Source of the DNA: an uncultured Pseudomonadota bacterium
Lineage (GTDB): Bacteria; Myxococcota_A; UBA796; JAFGLY01
Length of the DNA stretch: 64,000 nt
NCBI GenBank assembly: GCA_937912125.1
Contig: CALDOK010000192.1
Coordinates: forward strand, 15,146 to 79,145
Direction of reading: 5' to 3'
A program made the position numbers and the translations under genes. Shown piece by piece: positions 9,160 to 18,047 of this stretch. The stretch's first letter is position 1. Each line of letters opens with the position of its first letter. The notes under the pieces were generated by a model. The model saw only the letters and a program-made list of their open reading frames with translations, did not search any database and was not told the DNA's origin.

Positions 9160-10428
9160 TCAGCGCCGCAGACGGTAGGACAGGGTCAGCTGGGCGCGAC
9201 GCAGCTGGCTGGCGATGGTCAGCCAGCGGGTGAGGGAGGCGCCCAGCTCGTCGCTGCCTCCCCAGCGCTCCTGAGTGGCGGCGCGCAGCTCGGCGTCGCC
9301 GTCTTCGCGAAGGGCCCAGGCCCGCAGCATGGCGCGGGCCGCGGGCGCGTCCAGGCCGCGGCGGGGGGAGTAGAGGGGCAGCAGGCCATGGGGCGGCACC
9401 CCGGCCGCGGCACCACCCCGCACGATGCCCCCCTCGCTCTGCACCAGGTAGAGCACCCGATCGTACCCGGCGCGCAGCACGCAGCGACCGTCGGGTGGCG
9501 GCAGAGCCTCTTGCAGGGCGCGTGCCGCTGTGTATAGGCGCGCCGCCCGGGCGCCCCGATCCGCGCTGCGCCCACGCATGGCCAGCCGGTGGCGGGAGGC
9601 CGCCAGGTGGTCGGCCAGGGCGCGGCGCAGCAGGCTGGATGCCTCCTCGGCCGATGCGGGGGGCTCGGTGGCCCAGGGCTCCATCAGCTGCGTCAGAGGG
9701 TGCAGCGCGCCGGGATCGAGCATGAGGAGGCAGGCTGCCAGCTGGCTGATGTCCGCCCGGGGACACGCCTCGCCGGCCAACGGGTCCAGCCAGACCAGGG
9801 TGGCGCGCTGATCGCTTAGCAGGATCTGCTGGGAGCCCAGGGTGCGCATGGCGAGCCCGCGCCGCTGCATGGCCTGCAGGGTCTCGAGCCCCGTGCCCAG
9901 CCAGCGGATCAGCAGCTGGAGATCGGGCGGATCTTCCGCGGGCAGCAGGGATGCGAGGGGCACCCCCGCCAGGCGGTAGGCCACATGGGGGCAGCCGCCG
10001 TGGGCTTGGAAGCGCATGGGTGCCAGGCCCCGCAGGCCCGTAGCGGCGCGGATGCCCCGCTCGATGCGGCGAAGCAAGATGGGATCCCGCTGCCACTCGG
10101 GCCGCAGGCAGCGCACGGCCCCCTGCTCACCGCTGTCCTCCCACCACCCGTGCCAGGTGGATGTCCAGGCGTCATGGGCCATCAGTCGGTCCCGGCGCAG
10201 CCCTTCGACTACCCTGGGCAGGCCTTCCTCGGCGCGCTCGACGGCGCGGAGCCAGAGCAGTGGAGGGTCCAGCGCCTGCAGGCGCTCGGGGTGCCCGTCG
10301 GCCAGGGCCTCGACAGCGGCCCGCTGCTCGCTCGGAGGACGATCCATGGTGCAGCCGGCCTCGCTGAGGAGGTCGGGCAGGCCGCGTGGGATAGGATCAC
10401 CAAAGCTGTCGTAGAGGACTTTCACCAT
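9160..10428 (-). CDS. Protein with a degenerate Ser/Thr kinase-like domain (probable pseudokinase); start uncertain
   Basis: AVRCLRPEWQRDPILLRRIERG and LETLQAMQRRGLAMRTLGSQQILL...LVWLD follow kinase subdomain spacing but lack VAIK-Lys, HRD and DFG. Confidence 0.55.
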   Translation of the reverse strand: MVKVLYDSFGDPIPRGLPDLLSEAGCTMDRPPSEQRAAVEALADGHPERLQALDPPLLWLRAVERAEEGLPRVVEGLRRDRLMAHDAWTSTWHGWWEDSGEQGAVRCLRPEWQRDPILLRRIERGIRAATGLRGLAPMRFQAHGGCPHVAYRLAGVPLASLLPAEDPPDLQLLIRWLGTGLETLQAMQRRGLAMRTLGSQQILLSDQRATLVWLDPLAGEACPRADISQLAACLLMLDPGALHPLTQLMEPWATEPPASAEEASSLLRRALADHLAASRHRLAMRGRSADRGARAARLYTAARALQEALPPPDGRCVLRAGYDRVLYLVQSEGGIVRGGAAAGVPPHGLLPLYSPRRGLDAPAARAMLRAWALREDGDAELRAATQERWGGSDELGASLTRWLTIASQLRRAQLTLSYRLRR

Positions 10429-11728
10429 GGCGCAGAGCATGCCACGGAACGCCACGCCGGGTCAGCCGTCCGAGCTGGGCGTCCGACCTCCGCCTGGGAT
10501 CCGTCGCGTCCTGGTGCTGGCCCTGTGGGTGGCCTCGCTGCTGGTGTCGCTGGGGGCCGACCAGCCCCTGCCGGAACGCCCTGCGGGTCAGCCTGCGGCG
10601 CTGTCCGTGGCCATGGCCCTCGAGCTGGCGCTGTTGGCGGAGGGGGACTGGGACTCCACCCCCGGCAGCCTGGAACAGGCCCGCGCCTTGTTCGGACGTC
10701 CTGATCTGGTCCAGGCTCAGGTCCGAGACTTGGCTATAGAGGCCGCTCGGTCCTGGTCTGGTCGCACCGAGCCGGCGCGGCGCCTCTACCTCGCCTGGAT
10801 CCGCGTGCAGCGGGCGGATGAGCGTCTGGCCACCCTGGAGGTCGAGGGGGCGGTGGGTCAGCTGGCGCGCACCGGGCTGGTGGCCGAGTTCTGCGGAGCT
10901 CTCGGGGGCAGCACCCATCTTCCGCCCAACCAGGCGGTGGGCCTGCTGGCCACCAGCGCGGCGACCCACGACGCCGTCTTCGCCCTCGAGCGCGTGGGGG
11001 CCGCCCTCGAGGCCATCGTGCCCACCACGCTGCTGGGAGCCCACCAGCTGGTGGCCTGGCGGACCCTGCTGGCGGTGGCGCGGGTGCCCGGGCCGGTGGC
11101 CGATCTGCGCATCCCCAGGGCGCAGGGCCTGCCCCTCGAGCGCCCGGTGGCCCCCCTGATCCGGGTGGAGCCCGAGCGGGTCATCCTGTCCAGCCGCGCC
11201 CTGGTCTCGTGGTCCAAGGGCCAGCTCGTGGTGGACCAGGGCCCCGTCGCCGAGTCCCTCGACAGCTGGTCGCCCAGCTCCTGGCAGCGGTGGCAGGCCA
11301 TCGCGCGGCGACGGTCGGAGCTGTCGCTGGCCGGGATCACCGTGCTGCCGCCAGCAGACGCCCACCGTGCGGGTCAGGTGCTCACCCCCAACATCGCCGC
11401 TGATCCCGATCTACCCGTAGAGCGCCTCGTCCAGATCATGGGATCCCTCCACGCCGAGGGCGTGGAGCAGCTCTGCCTGCTCGTGCGCCCCGCCGAGCAC
11501 CTCGAGGTGCGCCAGGTCTGTGTGCCCTTCGTGGCTGGTGTCCCCACAGGAGGCGTGGTCTGGCGCCTGGGCCCGGGTGGGCTCTACACGGATCAACTCC
11601 CGTCAGGCGGGCAGGACGCCTGGGTGGTCGCGCAGCCCGGTGCTCGGGTCGAAGACCTGGTGCTGGCGCTCGAAGAAGCGCACCACGCGGGCCGCTCCCT
11701 GGGGCTGGCGGCCCGGGAGGGCATCTGA
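10427..11728 (+). CDS. Exported or membrane-anchored hypothetical protein with a C-terminal ExbD/TolR-like segment; start uncertain
   Basis: Hydrophobic segment VLVLALWVASLLVSLG; NIAADPDLPVERLVQIMGSLHAEGVEQLCLLV resembles the ExbD periplasmic domain. Confidence 0.5.
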   Translation: MAQSMPRNATPGQPSELGVRPPPGIRRVLVLALWVASLLVSLGADQPLPERPAGQPAALSVAMALELALLAEGDWDSTPGSLEQARALFGRPDLVQAQVRDLAIEAARSWSGRTEPARRLYLAWIRVQRADERLATLEVEGAVGQLARTGLVAEFCGALGGSTHLPPNQAVGLLATSAATHDAVFALERVGAALEAIVPTTLLGAHQLVAWRTLLAVARVPGPVADLRIPRAQGLPLERPVAPLIRVEPERVILSSRALVSWSKGQLVVDQGPVAESLDSWSPSSWQRWQAIARRRSELSLAGITVLPPADAHRAGQVLTPNIAADPDLPVERLVQIMGSLHAEGVEQLCLLVRPAEHLEVRQVCVPFVAGVPTGGVVWRLGPGGLYTDQLPSGGQDAWVVAQPGARVEDLVLALEEAHHAGRSLGLAAREGI

Positions 11729-12298
11729 CTAGGCATCACTGGCGGCGGCCCGGTGCTCCTGGAGCACCAGCAGGCGGCCGGAGTCGATGCTGTGGCGGAG
11801 CTGCTCGACCTGATCGACGCCCTCGACGGTGATGGACAGGCTGCCGCTCTGCTCGCGGTCGATGAAGCCCTTGGTCCGGAGGTACCACAGGTGGAACTCG
11901 AGCAGCTCGATGGGGACGTCCAGCAGGGAGGATAGACCGTAGTCCCCCAGCCCCGGCGAGCGGGGAGAGCGCCTGCGCTGGGTGTACAGCAGCGACAGGA
12001 TCTTGGTGCGGATCTCCTGGTCGTCCACCAGCACGCCGTCGTCCGAGGCCTCGCTCACCAGCTTCCACTGCCCGTCCCAGTGGTGCTTGTGTTCCACGTC
12101 GTAGCTGGCGCGCTGCACCGGGTCGCACAGGATCTCGTGACCGGTCACCAGCCGGGCGAAGCGGGCGGCGTCGCCGGTGTCCTGGTTGTCGGGGTGGTAG
12201 CGCTTGGCCAGGTGGCGAAAGACGCGCGTGATGGTGTCCTGGTCGGCGTTGGAGCTGACCTGGAGCTGTTCATAGTGGTCCACGAAGCCTGGTTTCAT
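11729..12298 (-). CDS. J-domain protein with a C-terminal winged-helix-like domain (189 aa)
   Basis: DHYEQLQV...LAKRYHPD...RASYD J domain; ATG at 12298 with GAGGA RBS. The ORF-track extension to 12781 is not coding in this frame. Confidence 0.88.
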   Translation of the reverse strand: MKPGFVDHYEQLQVSSNADQDTITRVFRHLAKRYHPDNQDTGDAARFARLVTGHEILCDPVQRASYDVEHKHHWDGQWKLVSEASDDGVLVDDQEIRTKILSLLYTQRRRSPRSPGLGDYGLSSLLDVPIELLEFHLWYLRTKGFIDREQSGSLSITVEGVDQVEQLRHSIDSGRLLVLQEHRAAASDA

Positions 12299-12330
12299 GG
12301 GGGCGTGTCCTCGTGGTCGGTCGCGCCCGG

Positions 12331-12351
12331 CGCTGCGGGGAGTCCGCAGCG
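12331..12351. other. Perfect 8-bp stem-loop in the intergenic region
   Basis: CGCTGCGG-GGAGT-CCGCAGCG; no U-tract, so function is unclear. Confidence 0.35.
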
Positions 12352-12480
12352 GGACGGGACCCGTGATCCGATGGTAGCCGAGCCGGCCGAGCCCACCCGG
12401 CCGAGACAGCGCGGCTGTGGGCACAGCTACCGAGTCGACCCGGACGGCTCCGGCGCAGCGATGGGGTGGCGAGCCTGTCG

Positions 12481-13128
12481 CTACTCGTCGTAGACGTACG
12501 CCTCGAGCATCGACTGGTACCAGGCGGTGTCGATCTCGGCGACGAGGGCGCCGCGGTCGATGATCGTGGAGTTCGGCACGGTGATGCTGGGATCCCAGCG
12601 CGCGAAGACCTCTCGGTTGGGGTCCGAGAGGATGGGGAAGCTGAGGTTCTTCTCGGCGGCGTAGGCGGCGGCCTCGGCCGAGGTGGTGTCGTACATCACC
12701 ATCAGGGGGATGAAGCCGTCGGGGCCGTATTCCTGGAAAGTCCACTCCAGACCTGGAGCGTTGCCTGCGCAGCCGCTTCAACTGAATCCAGCGAACTCGA
12801 TCAGCACCACCCGGCCGCAGAAGTCATGCAGCGACACCGTGTCGCCGTACTGATCTTCGAGGGCGAAGTCGAAGGCCACCTGGCCCTCGCCGTTGCCGGT
12901 GGCCTCGATGGTGTCGTTGCACTCGCTGTCCTTGCGCCAGCCACCTGCGTAGGGCTGGTCCTGGGCGTCCAGCGGGTCGCTGCCGGCGTCCTGCTCGGCG
13001 CCGTTGGTGAAGCCGTCGCCGTCTTCGTCACCCGACGGGTCCAGGCCCTGGCCACCCCCGGTGTCGTCCTTGTCAGGATCTCCGCAGGCCACGAGGCCGA
13101 GCAGGCTGAGGAAGGCGAGCCAGCGCAT
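12481..13128 (-). CDS. Selenocysteine-containing thioredoxin-fold (TlpA/AhpC-TSA redoxin) lipoprotein, 215 aa, UxxC motif
   Basis: ATG 13128 with GGAGG RBS; lipobox LGLVAC; DFALEDQYGDTVSLHDFCGRVVLIEFAGFS-TGA(12780-12778)-SGCAGNAPGLEWTFQEYGPDGF...NLSFPILSD. The two ORF-track fragments are in one frame, separated only by this TGA. Confidence 0.88.
12744..12759 (-). promoter_or_regulatory. Bacterial SECIS-like hairpin
   Basis: GCTCCA-GGTC-TGGAGT begins 19 nt after the UGA; its core CAGGTCTG matches the apical part of the E. coli fdhF SECIS as I recall it. Confidence 0.8.
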
Positions 13129-13218
13129 GGAACCTCCTGCGTGGTGGGTGCTCGTTGGGCTCAGCATAGGGCCCACGCTTCCGGGACACAAGGGCGCCGC
13201 GAGGGGCTGACGGATCCC

Positions 13219-15732
13219 TCACTCGTCGATGTAGCCCAGGGCCTCGAGGTGTTCGTTCATGCCACCGTCGTTGGCCTCGAGCTCGCCCTCATGGGGGTAG
13301 GGCAGGGGGCTTTGGTGGAGGGTGAGGGTGAAGCGGTGGTCGCCCCTGCCTGCGGTCACCAGGGTCTGACGCCGGGCTAATACCAGGCTTGGATCCCGCG
13401 CACGGGGCGAGCGCTGGCCGGTCCAGCTGTCCTCGCCGCACTCCACCACAAGCTGCAGATCAGCGACGTCCAGGGGGTCGCCCACGGGCTGGACGAAGAT
13501 CTCCCGCGGCAGGTACAGGCCGTCGCCCTGGGCGACACTCAGCTCGCTGCCCGCCAGCACTGGGTTGGCCATGTCGCCGGTGAGGGACAGGGGGTGCCAG
13601 GCCTGCTCGAAGCCCGCCCCGTGGTGCAGCGTGACCCGCCCCTCGAAGTCCTGGACGATGCGGCCGTCCCCCGGGCCGTACAGGCGCCAGACCGGGCGGA
13701 CTTCGCGCTCCAGGGCCTGGGCCAGCAGGGGAGGAAAGCGCTGCAGGTCGGCTTCGGGTGTCCCGGCGAGATCCTGCAGCTCGTCCGGGTCGGTCCGCAG
13801 ATCGTACAGCTGCTGGGTTCCGCCCCTGGCGACCCACTTGAGGCCCTCGGGCGCCAGCACGCCCCAGGCCTCGTCGTCGTAGAGCAGGCCCCCGAAGAAG
13901 TGCGCGCGCGCGGCCAGCTCCTGCATCGCCTGGGTGTCGCCCTTTGCCGCGGGCAGCAGGGAACGCCCAAGCAGATCCTGGTGACCTTCAGCGCCCAGTT
14001 GATCCAACAGGGTGGGGGTCAGATCCAGCAGGGAGACGGGGACCTCCACCCGCCCAGGCGGCAAGCCGGGAGCCCGGATGGCCAGGGGGACGCGCAGCAG
14101 CTCGTCGTACAGGGTGTGGCCGTGCTCCACGCTGCCGTGCTCGAAGAACTCCTCCCCGTGGTCTGAGAACACCACCACCACGGCGTCTTCCCGCAGTGAG
14201 CCCAGCAGGCGCTCAAGCTCGTGATCCATGAAGAGGATGTTCTGGTCGTAGCGGCCAACCAGGTAGTCGCGCACCAGGTCCTGCCGCTCGCCGCGGAGAT
14301 TCAGCCCCCGCAGCCCGCGCCGGTTGATCTTGCCCGCCAGCCCCTCGGGTTCCTCGCCTGCCCAGCGTCCCTGGTAGGCCTCGGGCTCGTTGTAGGGCAT
14401 GTGGGGGTCCATCAGCTGGACCATCACCATGGCGTCGCGGTCCTTGTGGCGATCCAGGAAGGCGATGGCGCGGTCCACCTGCTCGTCCGCCGGCGCCAGC
14501 AAGTGGTAGCCATACCAGCCCCAGCCGTGGCCCATGTCGAAGGCGGAGGTGAGGAAGGCGTTGGCGACGAAGGCGCCGGTGACGAAGCCCAGCTCGGCCA
14601 GTCGCTCTTGCAGGGTGACGGCCTGGCCCCAGGCACCCTGGGGCATGCCCGTGAGCAACGCGCGCGCGGAGGGGAGAGTCCACGAAGAGGTGGCGCGGGC
14701 GTCGTCGAAGACCGCGGCTCCCGACATCCAGGCGTCCAGGGCCGGAGTGGTGGGGCGCTCGTAGCCGTAGGCGCCCACGTGGTCCCGGCGCAGGGTGTCC
14801 ACGAAGACCAGCACCACCTGCCGCGGGCGCTGGCTGGGCGAGTAGACCACCGGGTTGGCCAGGAAGACGTAGTCCAGCAGCGGGCTGTCCCCCGGCTCGC
14901 TGATCAGCTCGAGCTCCACCTGCTGGCCGGCCCAGGCCTCGAGATCCGCCCGGATGGGATTCCAGCCGTCACATGCCAGGCGGTGGACCTTCAGCTCGGT
15001 CACCACGCCGTCGGCGTGGACCCGCAGCCGCAGCAGCGCGCCATCGGAGGCCAGGCCCTGGTCCACCGCGGGCTCCAGCAGGCGCGCCTCCAGATCCAAC
15101 ACGGCCCCCGGGGGCACCGTGACCCGCCACCGCGCCAGCCCCGGGGCGGGGAGCAGCACGCCGCGGCGGAGCTCGTCGTCCACACTCAGCTCCCGCAGGG
15201 CAAAGGCGGCCCCTTCCAGCGTCGAGCTGGCCGGGTCCAGGGCGTTCTCCCAGGCTGCAGCGGGTGGGTAGCGGACGCGGAGCGAGCCTGCGCGGGGGGG
15301 CTCCGAGCCCAGCGCGGGCCGGATCTGAAGCTCGCCGGCCCTGGCCCGCCAGGTGGTGAGCTCGGGCTGTGCGCTGCGATCCCAGTTGTAGACCAGCTCT
15401 TCGTCGTCGGGGCCCAGCAGCGCCATGCCATCGGGCGGCGTGCGCGTGGTGTGGCCGTAGAAGACCTGGCCTACGGGCAGGGCGACGCAGTACGCTTCGA
15501 GCCCTTCGTCCCGCCAGCAGCGCTCCGGTTCCTGGCGCAGGGTGGCGATGGAGGGCGTGGGCAGCCCGTGGGGGTGGTTGGTGGAGGGGAGCTCGAGGGC
15601 CACCAGGGCCTGGGGCTGGTGCGCGAGCAGCAGGGGCGCGGCCGGTGCAAACTCCGGCAGCGCCGCCGGGCATCCGAGCAGCTGCGTCGAGAGCAGCGCG
15701 AGCGCCGCGGGGAACCCCGGCCGCCCCCTCAT
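13219..15732 (-). CDS. Exported sulfatase-like (alkaline phosphatase superfamily) hydrolase/transferase, 837 aa
   Basis: Signal or lipobox ending LLGC; VDTLRRDH, SWTLPS, DPHMPY, FSDHGEEF, EHGHTLY and C-terminal LEALGY; ATGA overlap with the ABC-F stop. Confidence 0.85.
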   Translation of the reverse strand: MRGRPGFPAALALLSTQLLGCPAALPEFAPAAPLLLAHQPQALVALELPSTNHPHGLPTPSIATLRQEPERCWRDEGLEAYCVALPVGQVFYGHTTRTPPDGMALLGPDDEELVYNWDRSAQPELTTWRARAGELQIRPALGSEPPRAGSLRVRYPPAAAWENALDPASSTLEGAAFALRELSVDDELRRGVLLPAPGLARWRVTVPPGAVLDLEARLLEPAVDQGLASDGALLRLRVHADGVVTELKVHRLACDGWNPIRADLEAWAGQQVELELISEPGDSPLLDYVFLANPVVYSPSQRPRQVVLVFVDTLRRDHVGAYGYERPTTPALDAWMSGAAVFDDARATSSWTLPSARALLTGMPQGAWGQAVTLQERLAELGFVTGAFVANAFLTSAFDMGHGWGWYGYHLLAPADEQVDRAIAFLDRHKDRDAMVMVQLMDPHMPYNEPEAYQGRWAGEEPEGLAGKINRRGLRGLNLRGERQDLVRDYLVGRYDQNILFMDHELERLLGSLREDAVVVVFSDHGEEFFEHGSVEHGHTLYDELLRVPLAIRAPGLPPGRVEVPVSLLDLTPTLLDQLGAEGHQDLLGRSLLPAAKGDTQAMQELAARAHFFGGLLYDDEAWGVLAPEGLKWVARGGTQQLYDLRTDPDELQDLAGTPEADLQRFPPLLAQALEREVRPVWRLYGPGDGRIVQDFEGRVTLHHGAGFEQAWHPLSLTGDMANPVLAGSELSVAQGDGLYLPREIFVQPVGDPLDVADLQLVVECGEDSWTGQRSPRARDPSLVLARRQTLVTAGRGDHRFTLTLHQSPLPYPHEGELEANDGGMNEHLEALGYIDE

Positions 15733-17618
15733 GCGGGAGCCCCCGCGCTCAGCTGCGCGTCGAGATCTTCCCACTCCAGAAACAGCTCGGCGCTCCGCGC
15801 TTCTGCGGCCTGTCGCTCCTCGCTCAGGCCGCGCAGGGCAGAGAAGTCGGTGGCCGCCTGGACCATGGCTTGGTCCAGATCCTCGATGCGGGCGTCCAGG
15901 CGTTCGATCTCCACCTGGATGGCGGTGACCCGGCGCTCCATGCGGTCGCGGTCCCGGGACTGCCGCTTGCGCACGGCGTGGGCGGCGGCGCCCTCCGCGG
16001 CGCTGTCGCGCTCGGACTCCTCGCTGCGCAGCTTGGAGGCCTCGAAGAAGGCTGCGCGGGCGCCCTCGAACAGCTCGAGCCCTCCGCCCGAGACCATCGC
16101 GACGTGAGTGGCCACATGCTCCACCAGGTAGCGGTCGTGGGTGGCCACCACCACGGTGCCCTGGAACGCGGCCAGGGCCTCGGCCAGCACGCCCACGGTC
16201 ACCGCGTCGAGGTGGTTGGTGGGTTCGTCCAGCAGGAGCAGATCGTGCCGTCGCAGTGCGAAGCCCGCCAGCACCACCCGCGCCTTCTCGCCGCCCGAGA
16301 GGGAACCCACCGGGCGCAGGGCCGCGTCGCCGGACAAGCCCAGGGCGCCCAGCACGCTGCGGACCTGCTCGGGGCTGGCCGTGGGGGCGCGGGCCAGCAC
16401 CTGATCCAGGGCGCTGAGCTCCGTGTTGAGCTCCCGCGCGGCCTCCTGGGTGAAGACCCCCAGGCGGACCCCCTCTGCGACGCGTCGGCGTCCGCCCGAG
16501 AGGGCCAGGTGGCCGGCCAGGGCCCGCAGCAGCGTGGACTTGCCGCAGCCGTTGGGGCCCAGCAGGGCCAGGCGCGAGCCGGGCTCCAGGGCCAGATCCA
16601 GGCCCAGGAAGATGGGAGGACCCCCGGGCCAGCCGATGGTGGCGTCGGACAGCTCGACAGGCGCGGAGGCCACGGGCTCTGCAGGGGGGAGCCGGAAGCG
16701 CGGCGTCTGGCGCTCGCGGCTGGGAGCTTCCACCCGCTCCATGCGGTCCAGGGTCTTCTGGCGCGCGCGGGCCTGGGAGGCCCGATCCGCCTTGGCGCGG
16801 TTGCGGTCGATGTAGTCCTGCAGGCGGGCGATCTCTTTCTGTTGCGCGTCCCAGCTCGAGCGCTCCCGCGCCAGCTGCAGGCTGCGCTCCTTCATCCAGC
16901 CGTCCAGCTTGCCCCGGAAGGTCAGCAGGCGTCCGCTGTGGACCTCGGCGATGCGGTTGCAGACCTTGTCGAGAAGATGACGGTCGTGGGACACCACCAC
17001 CAGGGCGTGGGCGTAGCGCTCGAGGAAGCCCGCGAGCCAGCTGCGGGCGGCCATGTCCAGGTGGTTGGTGGGCTCGTCCAGCAGCAGGAGTTCGGGCTCC
17101 GACAGCAGCAGGCAGGCCAGCTCGATGCGCACCTGCCAGCCCCCCGAGAAGGCGTCGCAGGGGCGCCTCCAGTCCTCCTTGCGGAAGCCCAGGCCGTGCA
17201 GCACCTCGCCCACGCGCTCCTCGGCGGCGTACCCCCCGGCCAGCCTGAAGCGCTCGGTGGCCTCTCCCAGGGCGGCCGCGGCGCTGGTGTCGCCGTCCAG
17301 CACCGCCCGCTCGGCCCGGTCGAGCTCCTGCCGCAGGCGTCCCAGGCGGGTCATGGACGCGCGAGCTTCGTCCCACAAGGGCCGCTCGCCCCGGCTGGGG
17401 GGCTGCTGCCGCAGGTAGCCGAGGGCCAGCCCTGGGCGCAGCCGCACCGTGCCCCGCTCGAGGTCCAGCTCGCCTGTGATCACGCGGATCAGCGAGGTCT
17501 TCCCGCAGCCGTTGGGGCCCATCAGGCCCACCCGGTCACCCTGATGCACACCCCAGGAGGCGTCGACCAGCAGGTCGCGCCCTCCGAGGCTCAGGGTGGC
17601 TCGCTCGAACCGTAGCAT
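15729..17618 (-). CDS. ABC-F family ATPase (YheS/Uup-like)
   Basis: Two cassettes (GPNGCGKTS/FSGGWQ/LDEPTNHLD and GPNGCGKST/LSGGEK/LDEPTNHLD), no TM segments, C-terminal coiled coil. Confidence 0.93.
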   Translation of the reverse strand: MLRFERATLSLGGRDLLVDASWGVHQGDRVGLMGPNGCGKTSLIRVITGELDLERGTVRLRPGLALGYLRQQPPSRGERPLWDEARASMTRLGRLRQELDRAERAVLDGDTSAAAALGEATERFRLAGGYAAEERVGEVLHGLGFRKEDWRRPCDAFSGGWQVRIELACLLLSEPELLLLDEPTNHLDMAARSWLAGFLERYAHALVVVSHDRHLLDKVCNRIAEVHSGRLLTFRGKLDGWMKERSLQLARERSSWDAQQKEIARLQDYIDRNRAKADRASQARARQKTLDRMERVEAPSRERQTPRFRLPPAEPVASAPVELSDATIGWPGGPPIFLGLDLALEPGSRLALLGPNGCGKSTLLRALAGHLALSGGRRRVAEGVRLGVFTQEAARELNTELSALDQVLARAPTASPEQVRSVLGALGLSGDAALRPVGSLSGGEKARVVLAGFALRRHDLLLLDEPTNHLDAVTVGVLAEALAAFQGTVVVATHDRYLVEHVATHVAMVSGGGLELFEGARAAFFEASKLRSEESERDSAAEGAAAHAVRKRQSRDRDRMERRVTAIQVEIERLDARIEDLDQAMVQAATDFSALRGLSEERQAAEARSAELFLEWEDLDAQLSAGAPA

Positions 17619-17755
17619 GGCCGCGCCAGTAACCCGTGGGCAAGCGTTCAGGATCCGCGAGTACGGCATCGGCCGGGCTGCGGGGGGACGTAAAGTCCCC
17701 CAGCTGGGCGGCCGGCGACGGGGCGCCCCGCGCAGAGTGCCGGGCGCCTCGGGCG

Positions 17756-18034
17756 TCAGTCCACCAGCCCGTACTCGTGCTCGCACTCGACGATCAGGAA
17801 GGTGTCGCAGGCGGCGTCTTGGACGCAGGCGAGCTCGCCGGTCACGTCCGCGCCTTGCTCCTCGTACCAGGCGCAGCCCTGCAGGCAGGAGTCGAAGCGG
17901 GGGTAGGCGCCGTAGCTGCAGGTCTCCACCAGCTGCTCGCAGAGGTCCTGGCAGTTCGCCGAGGCGTTGGCGGCGGACTCCGGTTCGCAGGCCGTGGTGG
18001 TGAGCAGCAGGAGCAGGGGCAGGAGGGGGCGCAT
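17756..18034 (-). CDS. Small Cys-rich lipoprotein (92 aa)
   Basis: MRPLLPLLLLLTTTAC lipobox, 8 further Cys (CxxxC...C...CxxxC...C...C...C); GGAAG RBS. Confidence 0.8.
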   Translation of the reverse strand: MRPLLPLLLLLTTTACEPESAANASANCQDLCEQLVETCSYGAYPRFDSCLQGCAWYEEQGADVTGELACVQDAACDTFLIVECEHEYGLVD

Positions 18035-18047
18035 GGGATCTTCCTGG

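Noticed and set aside
12481-13128. Redoxin as a nonsense pseudogene
   Set aside because: The stop is TGA at the catalytic Cys position with a well-placed SECIS-like hairpin, and both halves are otherwise intact.
15733-17376. Apparent 548-aa N-terminal extension of the sulfatase-like ORF
   Set aside because: Off-frame overlap of the ABC-F gene with low-complexity R/G/P translation; a signal peptide begins at 15732.
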